64,000 bases of DNA from Candidatus Freyarchaeum deiterrae (GCA_037305845.1 CP147778.1:1952001-2016000); one strand, 5' to 3'. Shown: positions 30,893 to 39,964, counted from the stretch's first letter. Notes: a model not told the origin generated them from the sequence alone. A program made the numbers and translations.

Positions 30893-32545
30893 CTATTTTT
30901 TTGATTTTTGATATTTTAATGCCTCTTTTATGAAAGCGAGATACACGGGGCTTGGAAGGTTCGGTCTACTTTTGAATTCGGGGTGGAATTGAACTCCCAC
31001 CATAAAGCTGGTTTTATTTAGCTCAATTGCATTAATTATTTTTCCAGTCTTATCTCTAGCCGATACTTTCAGCCCGGCGTCCTCAGCCATCTCCGCGTAT
31101 TGCGGCATTATATGGTATCGGTGCCTGAATCTTTCAACAATCTCACTCTTGCCATAGGCTTCTTTCAGTATAGTATTCTCCACCAATATGACTTTATGGC
31201 CACCCAATCTCATAGTGCCGCCCTTAGATTTGATTTCTTTTTGTTCCGGGAGTAAATCCACAACTGGGTAAGGCGTGTTCGGATCCATTTCGGTGCTATT
31301 AGCTCCCGTTAGTCCTAACACGCTTCTACAAAAGGCTATGAAAAAGATTTGGCAACCAAAACAAATTCCCAAATATGGTATTCCTTCTTTAATAGCATAT
31401 TCGGCTGTTTGAATCATGCCTTCGGTTCCTCGAGCGCCAAAACCAGGCGTGAGAAGAATTCCATCAAATTTTTTTAGAACCTCGATTGCCTTCGGTTCAT
31501 TTTCCAATGGTTCTGTGTCAATCCATTGGAGTTCTAGTTTAGCTCCACTGCAAGCAGAAGCGTGCCTGAGGGCTTCCTGAATACTGATATAACTGTCAAC
31601 TATCTGGGTGTATTTTCCAGGAACCGCGATATGAACAACTTCTTTGGCGTCTTTGTAAAGGTTTACGATGTTACGCCATTCCTCTAATTTGGGTTCCTTA
31701 ATTGGTAAATTAGAAATCTTACACAGGTAATCGCCAAGCTTTTGTTTTTCAAAAAGCAGTGGTAGTTCGTAAACAACTTCTATGTCTGGATTTGAAATCA
31801 CTGCTTCAGGAGGCAGGTTCGAAAATAAGCTAAGCTTCTGTAAAACGTCCTTTGCGAGCGGTTTTTTCGCTCTTCCGACTACTATATCAGGCTGCAATCC
31901 CATTCCTTGAAGTGCTCTAACACTATGTTGCGAGGGTTTTGATTTTTGTTGCTGAACAGTGTCCAAAAACGGAACATAAGTAACATGAATAAGAATAGTA
32001 TCCTCTTTCTTTTCCTCTAACCTGAATTGGCGTATCGCCTCAAGAAAAGGCATCGCTTCAATATCACCAACAGTTCCCCCCACTTCCGTAATCAGTATAT
32101 CCGGTTTCTTTTTCACAGCTACGTGTCTTATTCTCCTCTTTATTTCGTCAGTGATGTGAGGTATGATCTGGGTGGTGCGTCCCAGAAACTCTCCCTCTCT
32201 CTCCTTGAGAATAACTCTAAGATAGACCTGCCCCGAAGTTATGTTCTGCTCAGGAGACATATTCTCTCCTAGAAAGCGCTCGTAACTTCCAAAATCCTGA
32301 TCTATCTCCGATATTTTGAGACTAAAACCCTCTACGGGTTTAAACTCCCAAACTTCCTCAGTTATGTAAACTTCACCATGTTCAATTGGATTAAGAGTAC
32401 CCGGGTCAACATTTAGATACGGGTCAATCTTAATCGCCTCTACACTATAACCCCGAAACTGAAACAGTTTACCTACGGAGGCGGTGGTAACGCCCTTTCC
32501 AACTCCACTCATCACGCCGCCAGTTACGAAGATGTATTTTACCAT
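30893..32545 (-). CDS. pyrG: CTP synthase
   Basis: KYIFVTGGV.SG.GKG, KIDPYLNVDPGT, GGTVGDIE, PGFG.RG, GICFG, QFHPE. Confidence 0.96.
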   Translation of the reverse strand: MVKYIFVTGGVMSGVGKGVTTASVGKLFQFRGYSVEAIKIDPYLNVDPGTLNPIEHGEVYITEEVWEFKPVEGFSLKISEIDQDFGSYERFLGENMSPEQNITSGQVYLRVILKEREGEFLGRTTQIIPHITDEIKRRIRHVAVKKKPDILITEVGGTVGDIEAMPFLEAIRQFRLEEKKEDTILIHVTYVPFLDTVQQQKSKPSQHSVRALQGMGLQPDIVVGRAKKPLAKDVLQKLSLFSNLPPEAVISNPDIEVVYELPLLFEKQKLGDYLCKISNLPIKEPKLEEWRNIVNLYKDAKEVVHIAVPGKYTQIVDSYISIQEALRHASACSGAKLELQWIDTEPLENEPKAIEVLKKFDGILLTPGFGARGTEGMIQTAEYAIKEGIPYLGICFGCQIFFIAFCRSVLGLTGANSTEMDPNTPYPVVDLLPEQKEIKSKGGTMRLGGHKVILVENTILKEAYGKSEIVERFRHRYHIMPQYAEMAEDAGLKVSARDKTGKIINAIELNKTSFMVGVQFHPEFKSRPNLPSPVYLAFIKEALKYQKSKK

Positions 32546-32797
32546 GTTATCTTCTCCAACCAAATTTACTATTCTGAATAGTGTTAATAAGTATACCTAC
32601 ATCCATATTATGAAAAGTAATTTGTCACGAAAAGAGTTTTAAAACTAGTCTTACAAAAATTTCTATGTCTGTGTTTACGGATGTTACGCAAATTTTTTAA
32701 GACTCTTAGTCTCAAGGAGTTAACTGTATTTAGTCTGTATTACCAATTCTTATATACTTGCTATTGGTGGTTTCGGAGTAACTTCGGAGGTTAAACC

Positions 32798-32959
32798 TTG
32801 CCTTACAGATTAAAGACAGTAAAATGTCCAGAGTGCGGTTACACGTATCAACTGGTTCTTTCTGAAGATGATAACAACTGCGAACATTTATGTGTACGGT
32901 GCTTCCAGAAAAAGGAAAAGGCTAAGGAAACGAGGGAAGCTCATATTAAAATACGATAA
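32798..32959 (+). CDS. 53-aa Zn-ribbon microprotein (CxxC-x18-CxxC)
   Basis: Below ORF-track cutoff. GGAGGT RBS, then TTG; MPYRLKTVKCPECGYTYQLVLSEDDNNCEHLCVRCFQKKEKAKETREAHIKIR*; T-rich tract downstream. Confidence 0.75.
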   Translation: MPYRLKTVKCPECGYTYQLVLSEDDNNCEHLCVRCFQKKEKAKETREAHIKIR

Positions 32960-33075
32960 AAAGCTATATTATAACTTCTCTCTTTTTTATTTGATGCGTT
33001 TTATATTCGAAAAGGGTTGTTTACCTTTTTAATTCCACCAAATTTTATGGTTGTAAGTTTTTAGCTCGTTTGAAA

Positions 33076-34080
33076 TTAAGACATTTTAGTTCTTAGTTTA
33101 AGTGGTTTTCCAAGGGATTTGTCGTATACGAAGAGCACTTCCTCGGAATCGAGTCCTATCTCTCCAATTATCGTGTTGTCCTCAATGAACTTGCTTTTGT
33201 AAATCACCCTTATGGGTTCACTTAACCCCAAAGTTACTATAAGGCGGTCTTTGAGTTCCCGTATGGTTTCTTGTTTATCGATCGCGTATTCGATACCTTC
33301 TAGTTTGTATTTGTCGCTACAGATTATGCATTTAGGATTTCTTTCTAGTTTAATTGTTGTAAAGCTTTGGCTCATTCCATCATAAAACAAGTAATTATCA
33401 ATGAGCGGAGATAAGCCAAGTAGTATTTTGATAGTATCTTGTGCTTGGATGCCGCTAAGAACTGCTGTAATAGTTGAGACCGAGGGAAACTTAGACTGTT
33501 CAACTTCAACTTCTAACTTTTCTCTCTTCTTACCTGGTGGTGTGCATGATTTTTGGAATCTCTCACGAGGGAGAAGTGGCTGGCACTCCAGACATGGTGT
33601 TAAATAAGGTATTATGACCTGAATATTACCATACCATCCATACATCCCGCCGTGGACTAAGGGTTTGTTAAGGCTAACACATAAAGAGTTCAGCCAACGT
33701 CTTGCCTCAAAGGTATCAAGTCCGTCAACAATCACATCGCTTTCCTCGTAGTATTTGCGAGGCACGTTAATAATACTCTCATTTCGGTCTATAACTTCAA
33801 CGTTTGGATTAATTTCTTTAAGTTTTTCCGCTGCTACCTTCGCTTTAAATTTGTCAATATCGCTTTCAGTAAATAAAAGCTGACGATTAAGATTAGATAA
33901 TTCAATAGTATCCATGTCTACAAGTATTAGCTTTCCTACTCCAGCTAAAGCCAATAAAGCCGCAACCATTGACCCCAATGCACCGACGCCAGATATGAGG
34001 ACAGTTGATTTCTTAAGTTTGTCCTGATTCCACCCCTCAAGCAGTTCCTGTCGATGATATCTACTGTCAACTTTTTTCAA
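33076..34080 (-). CDS. Ubiquitin-activating enzyme E1-like
   Basis: GVGALGS, D.IELSNLNRQ, CLEC and CIIC Zn sites, candidate catalytic Cys in KSCT, C-terminal ubiquitin-fold-like extension. Confidence 0.9.
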   Translation of the reverse strand: MKKVDSRYHRQELLEGWNQDKLKKSTVLISGVGALGSMVAALLALAGVGKLILVDMDTIELSNLNRQLLFTESDIDKFKAKVAAEKLKEINPNVEVIDRNESIINVPRKYYEESDVIVDGLDTFEARRWLNSLCVSLNKPLVHGGMYGWYGNIQVIIPYLTPCLECQPLLPRERFQKSCTPPGKKREKLEVEVEQSKFPSVSTITAVLSGIQAQDTIKILLGLSPLIDNYLFYDGMSQSFTTIKLERNPKCIICSDKYKLEGIEYAIDKQETIRELKDRLIVTLGLSEPIRVIYKSKFIEDNTIIGEIGLDSEEVLFVYDKSLGKPLKLRTKMS

Positions 34081-34126
34081 GGCTAAACCCTCTTAAAAGG
34101 TATATAGTATGTAGTGGTTAAAAAAA

Positions 34127-34585
34127 TTACTTTCCAAGATTGTTCCAGGTAGCATATTTTTTGACGTGCTCCTTTGCAGTTTTAGAGAAATCATCCAAAT
34201 TTTTGGTCATTTCTTTAGCTGCTAGTGTGTTTAAGGGGGAATGAGGATTTGGATAATTAAGGAGATTTCTTAGGGTTTCTATTACACCCGTTATGCTCAT
34301 GCTAGGTAGCCAATCCTTGCCCAAAATATTTACACACACGTTTTTTTGAAATATGTTGGGATGCCAGATATCAGTATTCCAAACCACTTTTGGGGGCTCA
34401 TAAGGAAATTTTCTTGGGAGGATTATCTCTATTTCAAATACGCCTGACTCGTATATTCCCGTCCCTATAATAAACCCCGTCCACCTTCTCAAGTCTCCAT
34501 CAACTGGGTGAAAAGACGGTTCTTCTTCTTCCATTTGTTTAGCTTCGTATACAAGTCTTGCTTCGTATTCTTCGTCTGATAGAAT
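34127..34585 (-). CDS. Ubiquitin-conjugating enzyme E2
   Basis: FPYEPPKV, WHPNI, catalytic C in NVCVNIL, W.P, PNPHSPLN. Helix 1 lies upstream of the ATG at 34534, implying an ATT start at 34585. Confidence 0.92.
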   Translation of the reverse strand: MLSDEEYEARLVYEAKQMEEEEPSFHPVDGDLRRWTGFIIGTGIYESGVFEIEIILPRKFPYEPPKVVWNTDIWHPNIFQKNVCVNILGKDWLPSMSITGVIETLRNLLNYPNPHSPLNTLAAKEMTKNLDDFSKTAKEHVKKYATWNNLGK

Positions 34586-35063
34586 CTTGATCCCACCGGG
34601 TGCGCATTATTTAATAACTTCCTGAAAGTGGATACTGTCTCGTATCTATAAATTTTTAATGATTCTTAATTAAGAGAGGGAAGAAAGACTTTATAAACTC
34701 GTAGCCAAAAGGCGGAGTATTTTCTCCTTTTTAAATTGAATAATTTCATATAGCCTTTACTAGTACAGAGAGATTTTGGTTGTTTGAACTACGCGTTTTA
34801 GGAGGCGTCTTTCAGACCCCGGGTTAGTTCTTTCTTCGCTTTTCTCAGCGTAGCCAAAGGCTTATTAAAATATTTTAAGCGCCATGCTTTCAATCTTTTT
34901 TAATTTCTATGCCTTTAGGCAACTTTCTCTCTTATCTTTGAGAGTATCTTACCTGATATTTATATTAATTAGAAATTTAAAAACATATTCGGGAGTCGCA
35001 AACTATAAATAGTTTAAAAAAATGATGGTTTTCTTTGCGTTTCAATGAAAAAAGGTAGCGTTT

Positions 35064-35303
35064 TTAGTAGGGTCCTCCCTCAGTTCGGGTAACAAGGTAT
35101 AATTTGTCGTAGGGCTGAACGCCAGCTTTTTCTAGTGTTGTATCGTTTTCGAGTTGCTGGCCTCTGTACACCAGAATTAGAGTTGAGGCAGGTACTCTTT
35201 TTTTCTTAGCTACCTGAGATTTTATGTTCTCTATTCCCGACTCAGGATCAACATCGAACTCCAAAACCTCTCCGCCAATTGCTGAAACTATTTTTACTAT
35301 CAT
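35064..35303 (-). CDS. Eukaryote-like ubiquitin precursor (GG-PY)
   Basis: VDPESGIENIK, LVYRGQQLENDTTL, LYLVTRTEGG then PY; ATG after GGTGA. Confidence 0.9.
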   Translation of the reverse strand: MIVKIVSAIGGEVLEFDVDPESGIENIKSQVAKKKRVPASTLILVYRGQQLENDTTLEKAGVQPYDKLYLVTRTEGGPY

Positions 35304-35308
35304 TTTAC

Positions 35309-35560
35309 TCACCATTTCCTAACTTCTTTAATATCAAGTGGTTTTGAGCAGTTAGGGCAGAAGCCCTTAATCTTTAACCACTCCAATAGATGGTCGCGAT
35401 GTGCCGGGAGTCCACAGAATGGGCAGTAAACTCGTTTCTCATCTTCCCTGATTTTTAGATTACATACTATGCACCTTGCAGGCTTTGAAAAGTCCCATGT
35501 GCCTATAACTTTGACATCGGATACTGTGAATCTTTCAGAGTGGGCTTCCTGCACCTGCAT
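35309..35560 (-). CDS. Small RING-finger protein (putative E3)
   Basis: CIVC-x12-CPFC-x4-H-x2-H..EWL-x5-CPNC; stop lies 5 bp before the ubiquitin start. Confidence 0.87.
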   Translation of the reverse strand: MQVQEAHSERFTVSDVKVIGTWDFSKPARCIVCNLKIREDEKRVYCPFCGLPAHRDHLLEWLKIKGFCPNCSKPLDIKEVRKW

Positions 35561-35844
35561 AACCTCCAATTAGGTGGTATTTAAGTTATACTTAGCATTC
35601 TGTTATTATAATTTTTTTGATTGTGACATTTTTCTACTTTTAAATTCTTTGAGCTTAATTTTTAAAGCAATTTGTGAAATCCTTTTATATTGTAGATTAA
35701 TTTTATTAGAGACATAAGCCTAAATAAAACCAAGAATTACTACTAATCCTCCCATTCGGGAACTTTATTTGGGCAAGTTAAGCTTGTTTGCAAGGCTTAG
35801 ACTGCTTAAACCCTAAAAAAACTTAAGAACCGGTTTCAGGGGCG

Positions 35845-36306
35845 ATGAGTTTGCCAGAACAGAAAGAGAAAGTAAAAATTCAGATAGATGCTATTAAGAC
35901 GCCCGCGGGTGATGTTCCTACTGTGGACTCCTTAAAAAGGGTTGTAGACGGTTTAAACGTCATGAACTCCGATATGGCTAACCTTGGTACGGACGTATCA
36001 AAAAATATGTCCTCTATGGATAAAGAACTCAGAAACATTCGCAAGTTAATCGCTGAAGAAACGGTTTCCTTCGAAGTGATGTCACAGAAACTGGAGAAAG
36101 TTGGTAACCAGTTAGAAGTGTTGGCCAAGAGTGAAAAAGAAAAGTGGGAAGCTCTTCAAGGAATCATGATGGATGTAGGAGAAATTTTAAAAGGCTTTCA
36201 AGCAACTCTCGAGGAGTATGTCTCAAGGGTTGACCGCAGAATAAATGAAACGCTTAAGGCATTAGCGGAAATAATTGCAGTCACCGCTAAAGAAGAGCAA
36301 AAATAA
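35845..36306 (+). CDS. Coiled-coil protein of unknown function
   Basis: Continuous heptad pattern, no TM segment. Confidence 0.7.
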   Translation: MSLPEQKEKVKIQIDAIKTPAGDVPTVDSLKRVVDGLNVMNSDMANLGTDVSKNMSSMDKELRNIRKLIAEETVSFEVMSQKLEKVGNQLEVLAKSEKEKWEALQGIMMDVGEILKGFQATLEEYVSRVDRRINETLKALAEIIAVTAKEEQK

Positions 36307-36434
36307 TATCCTAAAACTTAATTTTTGAATAAGATCAGAAAATAGAACTACCTAGAAGTTTTTATTCTAACAATGGTTTTTCAGATGAGTTCCTTTAAAA
36401 AGGTGATATGAGATAAAAAAAGGAGGAGGGTATT

Positions 36435-38231
36435 TTAACCTATTACTAGTTGGGGTTCCTTTCTAACATATTTTCCTTCGCCTTCAATAGTGTAGGACAA
36501 CGAAATTTCCTGTCCCGGCTCTATTCTCTGGAAGTTCCATGTGAGTATCAACTCGTTAATGTTCTCTGTTACCTTGGGTTGTACTTCTTCTGGTTTCCAC
36601 TCAACCAAATTAAAACCTTGTGGGATAAAGTCTTTTACGGTAACGTTTGTCATGCTTACTTCTCCGGTGTTCACAATAACTAGTGGGACTACGTGTTGCC
36701 CTGCTTTCGCTCCTGGAGATACAGCTTCTTTGTATATCTTAACTGCACGACGAGTGTACTTAATTCCAATTTTTGGAGGTTTGCTTTCCAGCTCCGAGTA
36801 CTCCACGTCAGGACCAGGTTGTGTTGTGTTGCCAGTTGCTCTCAATGGAGTTGGATAACTCTTTTCAGGTTTTGGCTCCCAAGCCATCATTGGGTAAACG
36901 CATTTAACGGTTTGCCCCGGGTTTATCCCTCTCACGAGGCTTTTCATATTCTTGACGAAAACTGTTAATCCATGTCTTACTGTGGAGTTGTCGTCGTTAG
37001 GATTTGTTATAATCTCTATACCTTGAGATAATTCTTTTTCATTCACATAAATTTTTACACGTTCGTGTGCGGGGGGTTTAAAGTCCTCTGGGATAGTATC
37101 GTATATTGTCACCTGATCTAGTGCGGCGCTTCCTATATTTGATATTAAAACCGTTACAGTCATCGGTGTTTTATCATAGGCGTCTACTTGGGCTGGTGTG
37201 AAAGTTTTTTCCGCTAGAATTCTCTCCACTGGAAGCATAGTATCCTCCTTGGTAATCTTAGAATACACGTGGCGGGTTACCTCTTTAACTGCTTTGTAAT
37301 CGATGTTTGTTTCGAAGACGGGCATTGTGGGGCTTTTGACGTTAAACTTGTACTCCCACGATTGTTTTGGAGGAACATCCTTGTTAGGTTCCAAAGAAAG
37401 AAGCTGTTCTTTCTTCTCTCCCTTGATTTGGAAGATTTCCACCTTTAGGAGTCTTTGTAGAAATTCACTCGTGTTCAAAAACTCGATTGTACAATCCCAT
37501 GTTGATGGGTGTGAAGGCGACTCTGATGGTTCTATTGCAAATCTACTATCTGAAATTGCTGTGATGTCCGGGTTTAGCAGTGACCTAGTTCTATCTTTAA
37601 TGTGGTATTCTGCTATAACTTTGCCTGCACCAATTGGTTCTATGGATTCGGCAGTGATTCTTAATTTAACAACCAGAGTGGCGTCGCTTCCTGCTGACAG
37701 TTCAAAATTCTTCCATACGACCTCTCTTGATTCCGATTCAAACTCAGCGGCTCCTGTATTCGGCGGCTCTATTTCTGGATCTCCAAAACCCTTTGGTATA
37801 ACTTTTCGTATTTTTATACTGTCAATATATGTATCAGTTGGGTTGCTGACTGTGATAGTGCAACTTACAGGCATCGGTCTCTTGTACACTAAGGCCCAGT
37901 TAATTTGCTCATCTTCATCACAAGTGTCCACTGTTTCCTTCAATTTGAGAACTGTTTCCTCAACAGGCACATTATACTCTTTCGCCCAATTGTTACCTGC
38001 TAAGACTGCACCAACTGGTATAACGCTCTCTTTCAATGATGTGGTTTCTATGCCTCCGACTCGAATTTCACCGTTCCATATCCTGTTTTTTGAACTCTGG
38101 TTATTAACGGAGATAACTCCTCTTACTTTTAGGCTTTTAATCTCATGTTTCTCGGTTAAAACGCAGTCTTCGTTCTCAGTCACATCCAAGTTTAATTTTA
38201 AACCTTCTGAGCTCACAATTGTTTCCCTCAC
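36435..38231 (-). CDS. Cytoplasmic multi-beta-sandwich protein with N-terminal mu-homology-domain (adaptor mu/delta-COP)-like region
   Basis: LNLDVTE...IKSLKVRGVISV and KIRKVIP...GAAEFESESREVVWK resemble the mu2 C-terminal domain; further DUF11-like repeats; no signal peptide. Confidence 0.6.
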   Translation of the reverse strand: MRETIVSSEGLKLNLDVTENEDCVLTEKHEIKSLKVRGVISVNNQSSKNRIWNGEIRVGGIETTSLKESVIPVGAVLAGNNWAKEYNVPVEETVLKLKETVDTCDEDEQINWALVYKRPMPVSCTITVSNPTDTYIDSIKIRKVIPKGFGDPEIEPPNTGAAEFESESREVVWKNFELSAGSDATLVVKLRITAESIEPIGAGKVIAEYHIKDRTRSLLNPDITAISDSRFAIEPSESPSHPSTWDCTIEFLNTSEFLQRLLKVEIFQIKGEKKEQLLSLEPNKDVPPKQSWEYKFNVKSPTMPVFETNIDYKAVKEVTRHVYSKITKEDTMLPVERILAEKTFTPAQVDAYDKTPMTVTVLISNIGSAALDQVTIYDTIPEDFKPPAHERVKIYVNEKELSQGIEIITNPNDDNSTVRHGLTVFVKNMKSLVRGINPGQTVKCVYPMMAWEPKPEKSYPTPLRATGNTTQPGPDVEYSELESKPPKIGIKYTRRAVKIYKEAVSPGAKAGQHVVPLVIVNTGEVSMTNVTVKDFIPQGFNLVEWKPEEVQPKVTENINELILTWNFQRIEPGQEISLSYTIEGEGKYVRKEPQLVIG

Positions 38232-38377
38232 TAATTCTTAGACTGAATCAATTTTACTCTTAATTTTTGCTTGTATAAATTATTACACTTCAAGATTCTT
38301 TAACCTTTTTACCCAAATATATGGTAGTAATCTTCTATGATTACAAGTTGGCGCTCAAATTTTACTTATTGAGTTGT

Positions 38378-39067
38378 CTAATCTATCCTAAACTCCGTTC
38401 CCGCTGACCATTTAACACTTATTTCATCACCGGGTTTCATTTTCCTAAACTTGGTGCTTGGTGCTACAGTTTCCGCATGGGTAAAGAAGTATTCTATTTC
38501 AGGGTCTGTTCTAATATGCATAGGTATGGCAAGTTGAGGCTTAATGTCCGCAATAGCAGATAAAGATTGATTACTGTTGAAGGCTTCCGTTTCATCGACT
38601 CCGATTAGTACGACATCGATTGGATACTTTTCTAAAAATCCCTTAGTCATGGCGTCGCCGAGGTGTGCTACGCGTACACCTTCTATCTCCACTATGAAAC
38701 TCAGATTTGGTACTTCAACAGGTGCTACAGAGGGACCGTGTTTAAGATCCAGAGCTGTAATTTTTACATTCGGTCTATCAAAACGTTCTCCGCTTTTCAT
38801 TTTTCTTACGAGCCATTCTGGGGTGCCTTCTTTTAGCGCTATGTTTATGACGTATTCATTTCCGAGTACAAACGCCTTCTGATTTGAAGAAAGCTTGGCT
38901 GTGTTCCCTAAATGATCCTTATGTTCATGTGATACGCAGATAATGTTTGTTTTTTCAGATTCTGGCACACATGCTTTATCACCTAGTATTCCCGGGTCGA
39001 ATACTACGCTGACCTTCGGTGAATAAAATTTGAAGGCTGCGTGTCCAAAGTATTTTAACATCGGCAT
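38378..39067 (-). CDS. MBL-fold metallo-hydrolase (UPF0173-like)
   Basis: YFGHAAF, DP, SHEHKDH, HLGD, AIPMH. Confidence 0.88.
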   Translation of the reverse strand: MPMLKYFGHAAFKFYSPKVSVVFDPGILGDKACVPESEKTNIICVSHEHKDHLGNTAKLSSNQKAFVLGNEYVINIALKEGTPEWLVRKMKSGERFDRPNVKITALDLKHGPSVAPVEVPNLSFIVEIEGVRVAHLGDAMTKGFLEKYPIDVVLIGVDETEAFNSNQSLSAIADIKPQLAIPMHIRTDPEIEYFFTHAETVAPSTKFRKMKPGDEISVKWSAGTEFRID

Positions 39068-39388
39068 GTCTAATCCACCATTTCATTATTAGTCATAATA
39101 CAGAATTAGATTACTCATGAAAATCGGTCAAGTAGTGTTTAGTATCTAAGACAATGATTGAGAGTCTCAATAGTTAAAATAGAAGTTTGGTTGTATTTTT
39201 AGTTTTTGGTACTTTATAACAGGATTGTTTAGAAATTTTCTTTTTTTGGAGGAAATAACCCGATTCGCTGTTAACAAATACGAATTAATATGTTTCTTGT
39301 TTCTAGTTTTCTGAGAAAAGATAAATAGCTTTAGGATAACTAATATCACATAGACGAATTATTGAATTACTTTTTGTGGTGAACTGAC

Positions 39389-39964
39389 TTGGAAGAAAAA
39401 TCAAATAAAGACAGCTCCTCGCATCGAGAGCCTGTTGATGACGCGTCTCTGGATAAGCAGTTTGACAAAGTTGAAGAAATAACTGTGATTGAACTAGAAG
39501 AACTAGCCGACGCACTAGAGTTCATTTTGGATTTGCAGCCACATGTTTGTGTAATCCGTGGTATCGACTATCCCTGTATACTATGCGAATTAAAATGTGA
39601 CGTCGGGAAATGTCAAGAGATAAAAATAATGCGGGGAAAAGGATTAAAAACGATTAACAGTTCCACACTCTCCCTAAATTTCGAAAAGAGGGACTCGTTT
39701 GAAGAATACTTGATCAGTAAATTAGTTCGAGAGCTAACTCGGGAGAAGCTTAACATTATTGACCCAGAAGAGGGTTACGATATAACATTCTTTTTCAAGC
39801 ATGAAGACCGATGGAGAAAAAATGAAATTATAGTTTTCATACTCGGGCTATTTGACAGAGTAAAAATACTTATGCCTGAAGCTAAGGCGTTAGTAAATAC
39901 CTGGATAAGAAATAAAGTGAAGGGTTTTGAGAGAGAAGAGACTCTTAAAAAAATGAAAGAGTAA
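39389..39964 (+). CDS. ARPC4 (Arp2/3 complex 20 kDa subunit)-like protein
   Basis: INS..S....D..E..L..K..R, P.EGYDI.F, K..I..F, E.K..VN...R match the ARPC4 pattern. Confidence 0.72.
   Translation: MEEKSNKDSSSHREPVDDASLDKQFDKVEEITVIELEELADALEFILDLQPHVCVIRGIDYPCILCELKCDVGKCQEIKIMRGKGLKTINSSTLSLNFEKRDSFEEYLISKLVRELTREKLNIIDPEEGYDITFFFKHEDRWRKNEIIVFILGLFDRVKILMPEAKALVNTWIRNKVKGFEREETLKKMKE

Noticed and set aside
37303-38241. 312-aa + strand ORF
   Set aside because: Ser-rich antisense shadow of the 598-aa minus-strand gene
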